Below are positions 1-8,699 of a DNA stretch of 64,000 nucleotides, in pieces (the first letter of the stretch is position 1; every line of letters begins with the position of its first letter). The DNA is from an uncultured bacterium (lineage in GTDB: Bacteria > Omnitrophota > Omnitrophia > Omnitrophales > Aquincolibacteriaceae): assembly GCA_964434115.1 (NCBI GenBank), contig CAYSSX010000011.1, forward strand, positions 3,605 through 67,604, read 5' to 3'. Under the pieces are notes generated by a model, which worked only from the letters and a program-made list of their open reading frames with translations, ran no database searches and was not told the origin of the DNA. A program made the position numbers and the translations under genes.

Positions 1-848
1 AGCCGTGTCTGTGTGTCCTTTGCGTTTTTGAAAAACTCCCATGTGTCTGCGGCAATGGCTTTCAGAAGCTTTTTATCGTTTCGTTCGGCCTTCAGTTTTT
101 TTCTTCGTCCCTCCGAAAGCACCTCCGCCGGAAATCCCACAAGATTATCGCGGTGGCTTTGAAAAGAAAGATTTTCGCCTCCAAAAAATGAAATCTCATC
201 GAGCCAGAGCGTTCCGCGAACAGGATCCTCCTGCGAAAGAATAGAGAAGCGGAGCGTAATCAACTGATCCTTGTCCAGGCTTTTGAAAAGCCCCGCGGGT
301 AAAGAGATTTCTGCCCATCCGGCGCCGGCATCAGGAAAAGAAGCGGTCACGTCCTGCGACACCTTCTGATGCTTCCAGTCCACAAGGGTTACGCGGATTC
401 TGCCGCGAAAGCGCTCATTCTTCGGGATTTCTAGCTTGCCCTTAAAAGCAAAGGCTGATGCTTGGCTGACATCCAGGCGGTCGAGAAAGGTCTCAAAAAA
501 AACTTGCTCTTTTTTGGAAAGATTGAAGATTGCCTTAAGCGAATGTCCACGCTTTGGGCTTCGGCCATCAATTTTGTCTATTGAAAGATCAAGCGCCCCG
601 ATTGCCGGCTGCTTAATTCTCCATGTTGCGCCCTGCCGGATTGTAAATTTTCCGGTATTAAAATCATCGACAACGACAAACCGGGAAGAAGACGCGAGGG
701 GTTTATCGTCGGGTATTGTCCCAAACGGTTTTTGAGAATCCTCTTGGGCAAAAAGATTCATGGGGAAAAAGGGCAGGGTTACGGCAAAAAAAATGGGCAG
801 GATCCCGGCGATGCTTTTAACGGTTTTATATTTCGTCGGTTTTTTCAT
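1..848 (-). CDS. Partial CDS (runs off the 5' window edge): secreted protein with a beta-sandwich carbohydrate-binding-module-like domain. N-terminal ~282 aa are present.
   Basis: Hand translation of the minus strand from the ATG at 848 gives an open frame to position 1 with no stops (MKKPTKYKTVKSIAGILPIFFAVTLPFFPMNLFAQ...VVVDDFNTGKFTIRQGATW...LWLDEISFFGG...). It has a signal-peptide-like N-terminus and CBM-like DDF/W/LWLDEI motifs. It is not in the ORF track because it is truncated by the window edge. Confidence 0.55.
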   Translation of the reverse strand, partial: MKKPTKYKTVKSIAGILPIFFAVTLPFFPMNLFAQEDSQKPFGTIPDDKPLASSSRFVVVDDFNTGKFTIRQGATWRIKQPAIGALDLSIDKIDGRSPKRGHSLKAIFNLSKKEQVFFETFLDRLDVSQASAFAFKGKLEIPKNERFRGRIRVTLVDWKHQKVSQDVTASFPDAGAGWAEISLPAGLFKSLDKDQLITLRFSILSQEDPVRGTLWLDEISFFGGENLSFQSHRDNLVGFPAEVLSEGRRKKLKAERNDKKLLKAIAADTWEFFKNAKDTQTR

Positions 849-930
849 TTTCAGGAGAACCGTTTAAGGGGCCGCCGCATGAAAATGATTTTAAAAGCGG
901 CAAGCCCGGTAAGGTCTTTAAAAAGAAAAA

Positions 931-970
931 CTCCACAGCCGCAGAATCACGCGCACGGCTGTGGAGTTTT
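931..970. terminator. Bidirectional intrinsic terminator hairpin between the GH94 stop and the start of the edge gene
   Basis: An 11-bp perfect stem, ctccacagccg (931-941) / cggctgtggag (956-966), with a 14-nt loop. It is followed by TTTT on the plus strand, and the complement of aaaaagaaaaa (920-930) gives a T-run on the minus strand. It lies ~17 nt downstream of the GH94 stop codon at 983-985. Confidence 0.5.
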
Positions 971-982
971 CTGTAAGTCCTA

Positions 983-3457
983 TTAACCGAGAGTGATTTG
1001 AACCTTGTGGGTTTTGCCGTCAGAAAACGCCGGAAGAACATTGGAGGAAACTTTCTTTCCGTCCACGAGAACTTCTTTGACGCCTTTGTTAACACCCTTG
1101 GGGTTGTTGACTTCAATCATATACACGGCCTTGCGGAAAGTTCTCTTCGCTTTGAAAGATTTCCAGGCCTTCGGGATCACAGGATCCACAATAAGTCCTT
1201 CTTTCGAGGCGCGAATACCGCAAATCCAGTTGTACGCGACTTTCTGCATCCAAGAACCGGAACCGGAGTACCAGGACCAGCCGCCACGGCCGAAGTTCGG
1301 AGAGTCGGGACCATCCACGTTGCCCGGAGTCACATAGGGTTCCGCATAGTACTTATCCGGATCCATTCCGCGGTAAACAGGACACATGTTCTTGTAGGCT
1401 GAGTACGCCTGCTCCGCATCACCCATCATAACCGCGGCTTGAACGCCCCAGCATGATGCGTGCGTGTACACGCCGCCGTTTTCACGAACAGACGGCGCAT
1501 AACGGGACAGATACCCGATCGTTTCGTCCAGCTTGTCGTATCCGGGAGTGAAAAGGAGCGGTCCGTATTCACGGTACAGCCACTTGTACGCAGAGTTCAT
1601 CGCGGTACGGGCGCGTTCAGGTGTCGCGGTGCCGCAAATAACGGCCCACGTCTGCGCGTTAAGGAAAATTTTTCCGCGGGATTCCGTCTTGCTTCCAAGA
1701 GGAATACCGTTGTCACGCGTCGCGCGGATATACCACTCTCCGTCCCAAGCATGCTGATTAATCGCATCCTTCAATTTCTTGGCGCGATCCAGGTACTTGG
1801 CGGCACGGTCTTTTTCACCACGCTTTTCACAGATCGGCGCAAGGCGATTAAGCAGGCCATGGAAAAAGTGACCCAGCCAAACAGATTCACCTTTCCATTT
1901 CGGGCCGACATGACTCATGCCGTCGTTCCAATCTCCCTCACCCATCAGCGGGAGACCGCGAGGAGACCAGCGCGAAAGCACTTTTTCATAAGAACGGACA
2001 ATATGATCATACACAGTGCCTTCCTGTTTGGGCTGACCCGCTTTGGTGACAAAGGGGGCAACTTCATCAAGAATGCTTTCGTCTCCGGTTTCATCAATGT
2101 AGTTAAGCGTGATGAGCGCAAGCCAGAGAAGGTCATCGACCATCTCGGTGTGGGCACCAATCCCAGCACCAGGATGCCACCAATGATAAACCGTCCCGTC
2201 CGGGAACATCTGCTCGGCGTGCACAAGAATCTGTTTGCGCGTAATTGCCGGGTCGCTCTCCAAGAGACAGTTGGAGTCCTGAAGCTGATCGCGGTAACCA
2301 ATGCCGCCCGAACACTGATAGTAAGCTGTTTTGGCCCACATTCTCGCGCACAGAGCTTGGTAGCGGTACCACTTGTTCGTCACAAAATTCATGGCTTCAT
2401 CCGGAGTTTCAATCCATGACTTGTCGGTCAGGTCATTCCAGTAACCGGTGATTCTGTCGAACTCTTTTTTCACCGTTGCCAAAGAGCTGTACTTTTTAAT
2501 GATGCTTGCGGCTTTCGTCGGATCTTCAAGACGCGCGAGCAGGAACACAAGGGTCTTGCTTTCGCCCGGCTTCAGATTGACATTGGCCTGCAATGCCGCG
2601 ATCGGATCGCCCCACTTTTCGAGTTCGCGGCGATTCTGCACTTTGCCTTCAACAACCGCTTTGGGCGCATCGTAATTGCCGTACATGCCGATAAAGGTTT
2701 CTTTATCGCCGTCGTATCCAACAGGCTTCTGGTTCGTGAGCGCAAGAACACCTGTCAGCGGAGTATCTTTCAAACCCGATGAAATATGCGGGGGTACGAG
2801 CGGCGGACGCTTTCTGCCAATGATCGCGCCAAGCTTGCGGTTAATCTGAACTTCGATAAAGGTCTTCTGAAATTCGCGGTGCGTTTCGGTACCGTTGCCC
2901 AAACACCAGTCAAAGAAAGGAAACACGCTGAGTTGGCGCGCTTTTTTGCTTTCATTTGTCAGGGTCACTTTCCAGATTTCGCAGCTATCCTCACGAGGAA
3001 CAAACATCACCTGCTCGGTTTTGATGTCCTGATATTTTGTTGTGAATTTCGTGTAACCCAAGCCGTAGCGGGCTTCGTAAAAATCATACTTAAAGCTGGT
3101 CGGTTTCCAGGTCGTCGACCAATGCTTCTTGGATTGGTTGTCGCGAACATAAACGTACTTGCCGTACGAATCGCGGATCAAATCCTGGTACCAGGTCGTA
3201 AGGCGTGAAAGTTGTGAATTGCCAAACCAGGAAAAGCCGCCGCCTGTCTGAGTCACAACAAAGCCATAATTTTCATTCGCGCAAACATTCACCCACGGAC
3301 GCGGTGTGCGGGGATCCTTAATCACATATTCGCTTCCGCATTCCGTAAAATAACCGTACTTATTTTCAAATTTGCGGACTTCTTTAGCTACAGGCGCTTT
3401 CGCCTTCGCTGCTTTCGGTGCTGGTTTTTTGGGGCTCTTTGTCAACGTCGTGGTCAT
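983..3457 (-). CDS. GH94-family glycan phosphorylase (cellobiose/cellodextrin phosphorylase-like), with an N-terminal Lys/Ala/Pro-rich extension
   Basis: 824 aa. The N-terminal block KYGYFTECGSEYVIKDPRTPRPWVNVCANENYGFVVTQTGGGFSWFGNS matches the conserved cellobiose-phosphorylase N-terminus (FGYFDD..EYVIT.PRTP.PWINYLG). The size is typical of GH94. Confidence 0.8.
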   Translation of the reverse strand: MTTTLTKSPKKPAPKAAKAKAPVAKEVRKFENKYGYFTECGSEYVIKDPRTPRPWVNVCANENYGFVVTQTGGGFSWFGNSQLSRLTTWYQDLIRDSYGKYVYVRDNQSKKHWSTTWKPTSFKYDFYEARYGLGYTKFTTKYQDIKTEQVMFVPREDSCEIWKVTLTNESKKARQLSVFPFFDWCLGNGTETHREFQKTFIEVQINRKLGAIIGRKRPPLVPPHISSGLKDTPLTGVLALTNQKPVGYDGDKETFIGMYGNYDAPKAVVEGKVQNRRELEKWGDPIAALQANVNLKPGESKTLVFLLARLEDPTKAASIIKKYSSLATVKKEFDRITGYWNDLTDKSWIETPDEAMNFVTNKWYRYQALCARMWAKTAYYQCSGGIGYRDQLQDSNCLLESDPAITRKQILVHAEQMFPDGTVYHWWHPGAGIGAHTEMVDDLLWLALITLNYIDETGDESILDEVAPFVTKAGQPKQEGTVYDHIVRSYEKVLSRWSPRGLPLMGEGDWNDGMSHVGPKWKGESVWLGHFFHGLLNRLAPICEKRGEKDRAAKYLDRAKKLKDAINQHAWDGEWYIRATRDNGIPLGSKTESRGKIFLNAQTWAVICGTATPERARTAMNSAYKWLYREYGPLLFTPGYDKLDETIGYLSRYAPSVRENGGVYTHASCWGVQAAVMMGDAEQAYSAYKNMCPVYRGMDPDKYYAEPYVTPGNVDGPDSPNFGRGGWSWYSGSGSWMQKVAYNWICGIRASKEGLIVDPVIPKAWKSFKAKRTFRKAVYMIEVNNPKGVNKGVKEVLVDGKKVSSNVLPAFSDGKTHKVQITLG

Positions 3458-3476
3458 GGATATCCTCTTTTTTTCC

Positions 3477-4766
3477 TCACTTTTGTGGGGATTTTAGAAT
3501 TTCATTCATCTTTGGAGCAACTTCTTCAAGAACTTCGGCAGCCGTTTTCTTTCCATTAAAAACAAGGTCCAGTTTCGGAAGCAAGTACTTCTGTTCGATT
3601 TCGTGCCAGCGGGAATCGAACGGCGAGAAAACAATGTGATTAACCGCCTCATTCAGCATCTTTTTGTTTGCTGGCGGATCCGGATTGCCTGCCCAGGCTT
3701 CTGATTTCGCAACCTCAATAAGCGAAGGCTGGGCAAGTCCCCTGCGGGCAAGTTCGCGCTGCCCTTCCGGACCGGTCAGCGCCTTGATAACTTCCCAAGC
3801 TTCTTTTTTGTTTTTAGAAGATTTCAAGATCGCATAGCCGGAGCCGCCGGAACCAAAAGCTCTTTCTCCTTCGGCGTTTTTCGGAAACATCACAACATCC
3901 CAATCAAAATTGTAGCGGCGAAGGCCGGGCGTTTCCCAGATTCCGGAAAGAAACATTCCGAGCCGGCCGCTCGCAAACATCAGATCAATGCCCATCCCCA
4001 GATTGGCAAGCGCCACAGGCGCGGGCATAACTTTGTAGAGATTCACAAGATCAGAATAAAATTGAAGTCCTTGAATCGTTTTAGGATCGTTGATTTTTGT
4101 GACCGTGGGGTTTGTAACATTATCAACGAGTCCGCCGCCATTACCATAAACGAAGTTTTGCCAGGCCCAGCCATAAAAACCATACTGAACCGTCCGGCCG
4201 CTTTCATCTTGTTTCGTCAGTGCCCGGGCTATGCGCAGAAGATCATCCCAGGTCCAGTCATCTGTGGGATACGCGAGACCCGCTTCATCAAAAAGCTTCT
4301 TATTATAGAAAACGCATGCAAAGGGGGCAACGTCACGCGGCACGGCGTAAAGATCACCGTTCACGGAAAAGCGGTCACGGATGGAGGGAAAAAAAGCATC
4401 CTTTGAAAATTCCGTATCTGCCGCTGCATAGGGGGCAAGATTTTCAAGGACCCCCTTGCTCGCAAAAGTCACGAAGTAGTCCACTTCGGTCGCAATGATG
4501 TCGGGAGCGGCACCGCCGGCGATGCGTGTCAGAATTTTGCTGTCGTAACCTGTGTAGGGCGTGTGTTCAAAAACAATTTTGATGTCGGGGTGTTTGACTT
4601 GCCAATCTTTTATAGAAGATGTGATGATGTCGATTTCCTCAGGGCTTCCCCAGAATGCGACTTTAATTTCTTTGCCGCTGCCTTGAGTGGATGCGGGGCC
4701 GCATCCGGCAATTGCGAGAAGTGAAAATCCTAACGCTATCGATTTAAGAAATAATTTCATGCGCAC
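3477..4766 (-). CDS. Sugar ABC transporter substrate-binding lipoprotein (family-1 extracellular solute-binding protein)
   Basis: Lipoprotein signal peptide with a lipobox (LLAIAGC). The overall length and composition fit a family-1 SBP. It sits immediately upstream of the GH94 gene in the same orientation. Confidence 0.8.
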   Translation of the reverse strand: MRMKLFLKSIALGFSLLAIAGCGPASTQGSGKEIKVAFWGSPEEIDIITSSIKDWQVKHPDIKIVFEHTPYTGYDSKILTRIAGGAAPDIIATEVDYFVTFASKGVLENLAPYAAADTEFSKDAFFPSIRDRFSVNGDLYAVPRDVAPFACVFYNKKLFDEAGLAYPTDDWTWDDLLRIARALTKQDESGRTVQYGFYGWAWQNFVYGNGGGLVDNVTNPTVTKINDPKTIQGLQFYSDLVNLYKVMPAPVALANLGMGIDLMFASGRLGMFLSGIWETPGLRRYNFDWDVVMFPKNAEGERAFGSGGSGYAILKSSKNKKEAWEVIKALTGPEGQRELARRGLAQPSLIEVAKSEAWAGNPDPPANKKMLNEAVNHIVFSPFDSRWHEIEQKYLLPKLDLVFNGKKTAAEVLEEVAPKMNEILKSPQK

Positions 4767-4880
4767 CTTCGTTATAGACTTTTAAAAAGAGCGGCGATTA
4801 TAGCACACACGCCTTGCGTGTCAATGAGGGAGAAATGCTCTTTCTGCTTGGGTTTTAGGCTGCCGGGAATGTCTTGGGGC

Positions 4881-5804
4881 CTAGGCTTTAGTAACGCCGA
4901 GGCGTTCTAAAACGGCGTCGAGCTCATCCAGCGAATAATAGACAATCTCGATTCGCCCTTGCTTCATGTTCTTTTTAGGGTGAAGTTTGACTTGAGCGCC
5001 CAGGTGTCTGGCCATACGATTTTCCAGATCCAAAATTTCGGGGCTCAGATGGCGTGCCTTTTTAGCGTGCCGCTTGTGAGCCACGCTTCGGCTCACCAAG
5101 GCTTCAACCTGTCGCACCGAAAGATTTTCTTCAATAATACGTTTGGCGATTTGACGCTGATGCTCGGGTGTTAGAAGCGCCAAAAGCGCGCGCGCGTGCC
5201 CGGCTGTCAAACGCCCCTCAGCGATCCAGCTCCGAATATCCTGAGGAAGGCGCAGCAAGCGGAGCATGTTCGCGACCGTTGTCCTCTTCTTTCCAACTCT
5301 TTTAGCTACCTCATCTTGCGATAAAACGTTGTCTTCTGCAATTTTCTCATACGCTTCTGCTTCTTCAATCGGGTTCAGGTCCTGCCGCTGAATGTTTTCG
5401 ATGAGGGCCCACTCGAGAAATTCGGCTGGCGCAATGTCTTTAATGACTGCCGGAACTTTTTCAAGCCCGCAGAGCGCGGCCGCGCGAAAACGCCGTTCAC
5501 CGCAAATTAACTCATACGATTGGGGGCCTAATTTTTTAACAACAACGGGCTGTAAGATGCCTTTTTCCTGAATGGATGCCGCAAGGTCTTCAATGGCTTC
5601 AGGATCAAAAACCTTTCTTGGCTGATCACGATTAGGCCGAATCTGGGAAATCGGAATAAGCTCTAAAAGGCTTTCTCCGCGCCCCGCCGCTGCGGCAGAG
5701 ACACCCCCGGACATTCCCGTGGAGGCCGCCGCCTCCAGCTTTTTATCTTTTACATAACTATCTGGTATTAATGCGCTTAGACCTTTACCTAGGGCTTTTT
5801 TCAT
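4881..5804 (-). CDS. parB: Chromosome partitioning protein ParB/Spo0J
   Basis: GERRFRAA ParB box motif (LICGERRFRAAALCGL), an HTH region, and a ParB-typical C-terminal dimerisation region. It overlaps the parA stop. Confidence 0.9.
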   Translation of the reverse strand: MKKALGKGLSALIPDSYVKDKKLEAAASTGMSGGVSAAAAGRGESLLELIPISQIRPNRDQPRKVFDPEAIEDLAASIQEKGILQPVVVKKLGPQSYELICGERRFRAAALCGLEKVPAVIKDIAPAEFLEWALIENIQRQDLNPIEEAEAYEKIAEDNVLSQDEVAKRVGKKRTTVANMLRLLRLPQDIRSWIAEGRLTAGHARALLALLTPEHQRQIAKRIIEENLSVRQVEALVSRSVAHKRHAKKARHLSPEILDLENRMARHLGAQVKLHPKKNMKQGRIEIVYYSLDELDAVLERLGVTKA

Positions 5805-6681
5805 AATTCGACTCCTCTTTCTTTTCTGGGGATTCCGCCGGCGCTTGTGTCAACGGCTTTGTCTCTTGCGGACGAATCTCTTCTTTGACAGCTTCAGCGT
5901 TCTTATGCTTTTCTTTTTCAGAGAACCGTTTTAAAAACTCGCGCCCCATGGCAACGTAGCTTTTCGATGCCTTGTTTTGAGGATCGTAGATAACCGCAGG
6001 CTTTCCAAAACTCGGCGCTTCCGATAACTTGACAGATCTTGGAATGATCGCTTCGAAGACCTTGTCTTTGAAGTAGGTTTTCACTTCTTCGATAACCTGC
6101 TGGGTTAGATTAGTTCTAAAATCCGCCATTGTTAAAATCACCCCTCCAACCTCCAGGCCTTGATTCAAATTGTCCTTTACAAGCTGAAAGGTATGAAGCA
6201 GCTGCCCAAGCCCTTCGAGCGCATAGTACTCACACTGGAGAGGTATTAGAAGATAGTCGCTAGCGGTTAAACAGTTGATTGTTACGAGCCCCAGGGATGG
6301 CGGGCAATCAATAAAAATAAAGTCGTAATTTTCGGCAATTTTCTTAATCCTCTCCGAGAGAACGTATTCGCGCCGGTTGGCACCCACCAGCTCCAGATCC
6401 GCGCTGGATAAGTCCGTATTCGCCGGAATCACGTCAAGCTTCTTAATCGCCGTCTTCAATATTCCAGGCTCTATCTCCTGGTTATCCACAAGAAGTTGAT
6501 AACTTGTGAATGAAAGCTCGGCTTTGTCTATTCCCAGCCCGCTGGTCGCGTTTCCCTGGGAGTCCATATCGATGAGCAGAGTTTTGTGTCCCGCCTTAGC
6601 TGTGAGCGTCGCCAAATTAACAGCTGACGTTGTTTTGCCTACGCCGCCTTTTTGGTTACAAAAGGAAAATATTTTCTTCAT
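5785..6681 (-). CDS. parA: Chromosome partitioning ATPase ParA/Soj (start probably at the second ATG, 6681), with a ~45-aa charged C-terminal extension
   Basis: Deviant Walker A motif KGGVGKTTSAVNLA. The second ATG (6679-6681) has a GGAGGG Shine-Dalgarno 5 nt upstream, whereas the first (6696) has none. The C-terminus EKEKHKNAEAVKEEIRPQETKP... is an unusual tail. Confidence 0.85.
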   Translation of the reverse strand: MKKIFSFCNQKGGVGKTTSAVNLATLTAKAGHKTLLIDMDSQGNATSGLGIDKAELSFTSYQLLVDNQEIEPGILKTAIKKLDVIPANTDLSSADLELVGANRREYVLSERIKKIAENYDFIFIDCPPSLGLVTINCLTASDYLLIPLQCEYYALEGLGQLLHTFQLVKDNLNQGLEVGGVILTMADFRTNLTQQVIEEVKTYFKDKVFEAIIPRSVKLSEAPSFGKPAVIYDPQNKASKSYVAMGREFLKRFSEKEKHKNAEAVKEEIRPQETKPLTQAPAESPEKKEESNYEKSPR

Positions 6682-6696
6682 TCTGCCCTCCGGCAT

Positions 6697-6712
6697 TGTT
6701 TCACGTGAAACA
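6697..6712. promoter_or_regulatory. parS: parS centromere site (perfect TGTTTCACGTGAAACA palindrome)
   Basis: Exact match to the canonical 16-bp parS consensus, 16 nt upstream of the parA start. Confidence 0.85.
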
Positions 6713-6793
6713 TCGAACGCATCCTAGCTTTCTTAATTTGAAATCTCAAGAGAAAAAGTGACTTCCGGTCAAATTACTGATGGGCGGGGCGAC

Positions 6794-6809
6794 TGTTTCA
6801 CGTGAAACA
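6794..6809. promoter_or_regulatory. parS: parS centromere site (second perfect copy)
   Basis: Exact TGTTTCACGTGAAACA, in the mnmG-parA intergenic region, 97 bp from the first copy. Confidence 0.85.
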
Positions 6810-6822
6810 TGTCTGTTTGAGG

Positions 6823-8643
6823 CTAGAGCGTGAACTTACTGCCGTTCTTTTCCAAATAAACCGCTAATAGGGTCAGGTCGCAAGGGGAGATACCGGGAAT
6901 TCTGGAAGCCTGCGCTATAGTTGCCGGGCAAACTTTTTTGAATTTTTCCTGCGCCTCCCGGCTTATTCCTTTAATTTGGCTATAGTCTATTTTTGAAGGA
7001 ATCTGTTTCTTTTCCATCTTTCTGAACTTTTCAACCTCCTGAAGCTGCCGAACAATGTAACCTTCATATTTGGCATAAATCTGCGCTTTTAACGCTTCTT
7101 CATCGGTTAATTCAGACGAGTGTAACTTGTTTTCTAGTAAATACTTGTAATCGTTTTTTGGGCGCTTTAGGTGGCTGTAAATCGATGCCCCCTGAAAAAA
7201 CTCCGTCTTCATGGTGTCGAGATCGCGCCGAATCTTTTCTTGCCCTTGCCGCATACCCTCTAAGGTATTCTCAGAAATCAGACCAAACTCGCGGCCATAG
7301 GGCATCAACCTTTCATCCGCATTATCTTGCCTGAGAAGGAGGCGGAACTCCGCCCGCGACGTAAACATCCGGTAGGGCTCATTGGTTCCGCGTGTTACAA
7401 GGTCGTCAATGAGTACTCCAATATAGGCTTCTGAACGGTCTAAAACAAAGGGTGGGCCCCCTTTAAGCTTCCGAATCACATTCAGCCCCGCCATTAATCC
7501 TTGGGCTGCGGCCTCTTCATAGCCTGAGGTACAATTAATTTGCCCGGCAAGAAATAGTCCCTCAATTTTTTTTGTTTCCAGGGAGTGATAAAGCTGTGTG
7601 GGCGGAGCACAATCGTATTCGATCGCATATCCCAGCCGGATAAATTTTGCATCCTCGAGACCGGGTATTTCAGCAACAACCGCACGCTGAATATCTTCCG
7701 GCAAGCTGGTCGACAGGCCGTTTACATAAATTTCATCTGTGTCTCGCCCCTCCGGCTCCAAATAAATTTGGTGCCGTGTCTTGTCTGCAAATTTCACGAT
7801 CTTATCTTCGATCGATGGGCAATAGCGCGTGCCCGTTCCCTTGATGGTGCCGCCATAAAGCGGCGACCGGTGAAGATTCTCTTTAATGTAGCGATGTATT
7901 TTTTCGTTGGTGTACGTCAAGTAGCAGGACAGCTGCTGAACGTCTAATTGTTTTGTGCGGTATGAAAATGGGGAAGGGGGGTCATCGCCTTTTTGCTCTT
8001 CGAGGCCTTCCCAGCGAATGCTTTTCGCATCAAGGCGCGGCGGTGTCCCTGTTTTAAACCGAACAAGTTCTATTCCGAGACTTCGCAGCGAGCCGCTTAA
8101 TCCTATCGCGGGCTTTTCTCCAATCCTTCCCCCGGAATAATTTCTTTCTCCAACATGGATGAGCCCCTGTAAAAAAGTCCCTGTTGTAAGAATCACAGCG
8201 CGGCTTTTAACGCTCTCGCCATCCTGCGTTCGAATTCCAACGGCCCGGTTTCCGGAGACTAAAATCTCAATCGCTTGGCCTTCTTTTAATACGATGTTTC
8301 GCTCGCCCTCGATAATTCTTTCCATATACGACGAATATTGTTTTTTATCCGCTTGAGCCCGCGGAGACCAAACAGCCGGGCCTTTTGAGCGGTTGAGCAT
8401 GCGAAACTGAATGCCGGTAGCATCCGTTGCCAGCGCCATCTCGCCGCCAAGTGCGTCGATTTCGCGAACCATGTGGCCTTTGGCAATTCCGCCGATCGCA
8501 GGGTTACATGACATTCTCGCAATGGCCTTTCGGTCCATGGTGAGCAGCATCACTTGGTAGCCTGCGCGGGCAAGGGAAAGCGATGCTTCGACGCCGGCGT
8601 GTCCGGCGCCTACAACGATCGCATCAAACTCTTGAGTGTTCAT
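6823..8643 (-). CDS. mnmG: tRNA uridine 5-carboxymethylaminomethyl modification enzyme MnmG (GidA)
   Basis: 606 aa. N-terminal FAD-binding motif DAIVVGAGHAGVEA. The length and its position next to parAB and yidC are classic. Confidence 0.9.
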   Translation of the reverse strand: MNTQEFDAIVVGAGHAGVEASLSLARAGYQVMLLTMDRKAIARMSCNPAIGGIAKGHMVREIDALGGEMALATDATGIQFRMLNRSKGPAVWSPRAQADKKQYSSYMERIIEGERNIVLKEGQAIEILVSGNRAVGIRTQDGESVKSRAVILTTGTFLQGLIHVGERNYSGGRIGEKPAIGLSGSLRSLGIELVRFKTGTPPRLDAKSIRWEGLEEQKGDDPPSPFSYRTKQLDVQQLSCYLTYTNEKIHRYIKENLHRSPLYGGTIKGTGTRYCPSIEDKIVKFADKTRHQIYLEPEGRDTDEIYVNGLSTSLPEDIQRAVVAEIPGLEDAKFIRLGYAIEYDCAPPTQLYHSLETKKIEGLFLAGQINCTSGYEEAAAQGLMAGLNVIRKLKGGPPFVLDRSEAYIGVLIDDLVTRGTNEPYRMFTSRAEFRLLLRQDNADERLMPYGREFGLISENTLEGMRQGQEKIRRDLDTMKTEFFQGASIYSHLKRPKNDYKYLLENKLHSSELTDEEALKAQIYAKYEGYIVRQLQEVEKFRKMEKKQIPSKIDYSQIKGISREAQEKFKKVCPATIAQASRIPGISPCDLTLLAVYLEKNGSKFTL

Positions 8644-8699
8644 CGATGAAGAAAACCGTCCGAGGGAAATTTATTTCCGGGAAGGGTGGCGCTCTCGTC

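Noticed and set aside
4808-4822. Short inverted repeat acacgc-ctt-gcgtgt downstream of parB
   Set aside because: Six-bp stem without a following T-run on either strand. It could be an operator but is equally likely chance. Not reportable as a terminator.
4895-4912. Palindrome aacgcc-ga-ggcgtt near the parB 3' end
   Set aside because: It lies inside the parB coding sequence and reflects the codons for ...RLGVTKA. No regulatory interpretation is needed.
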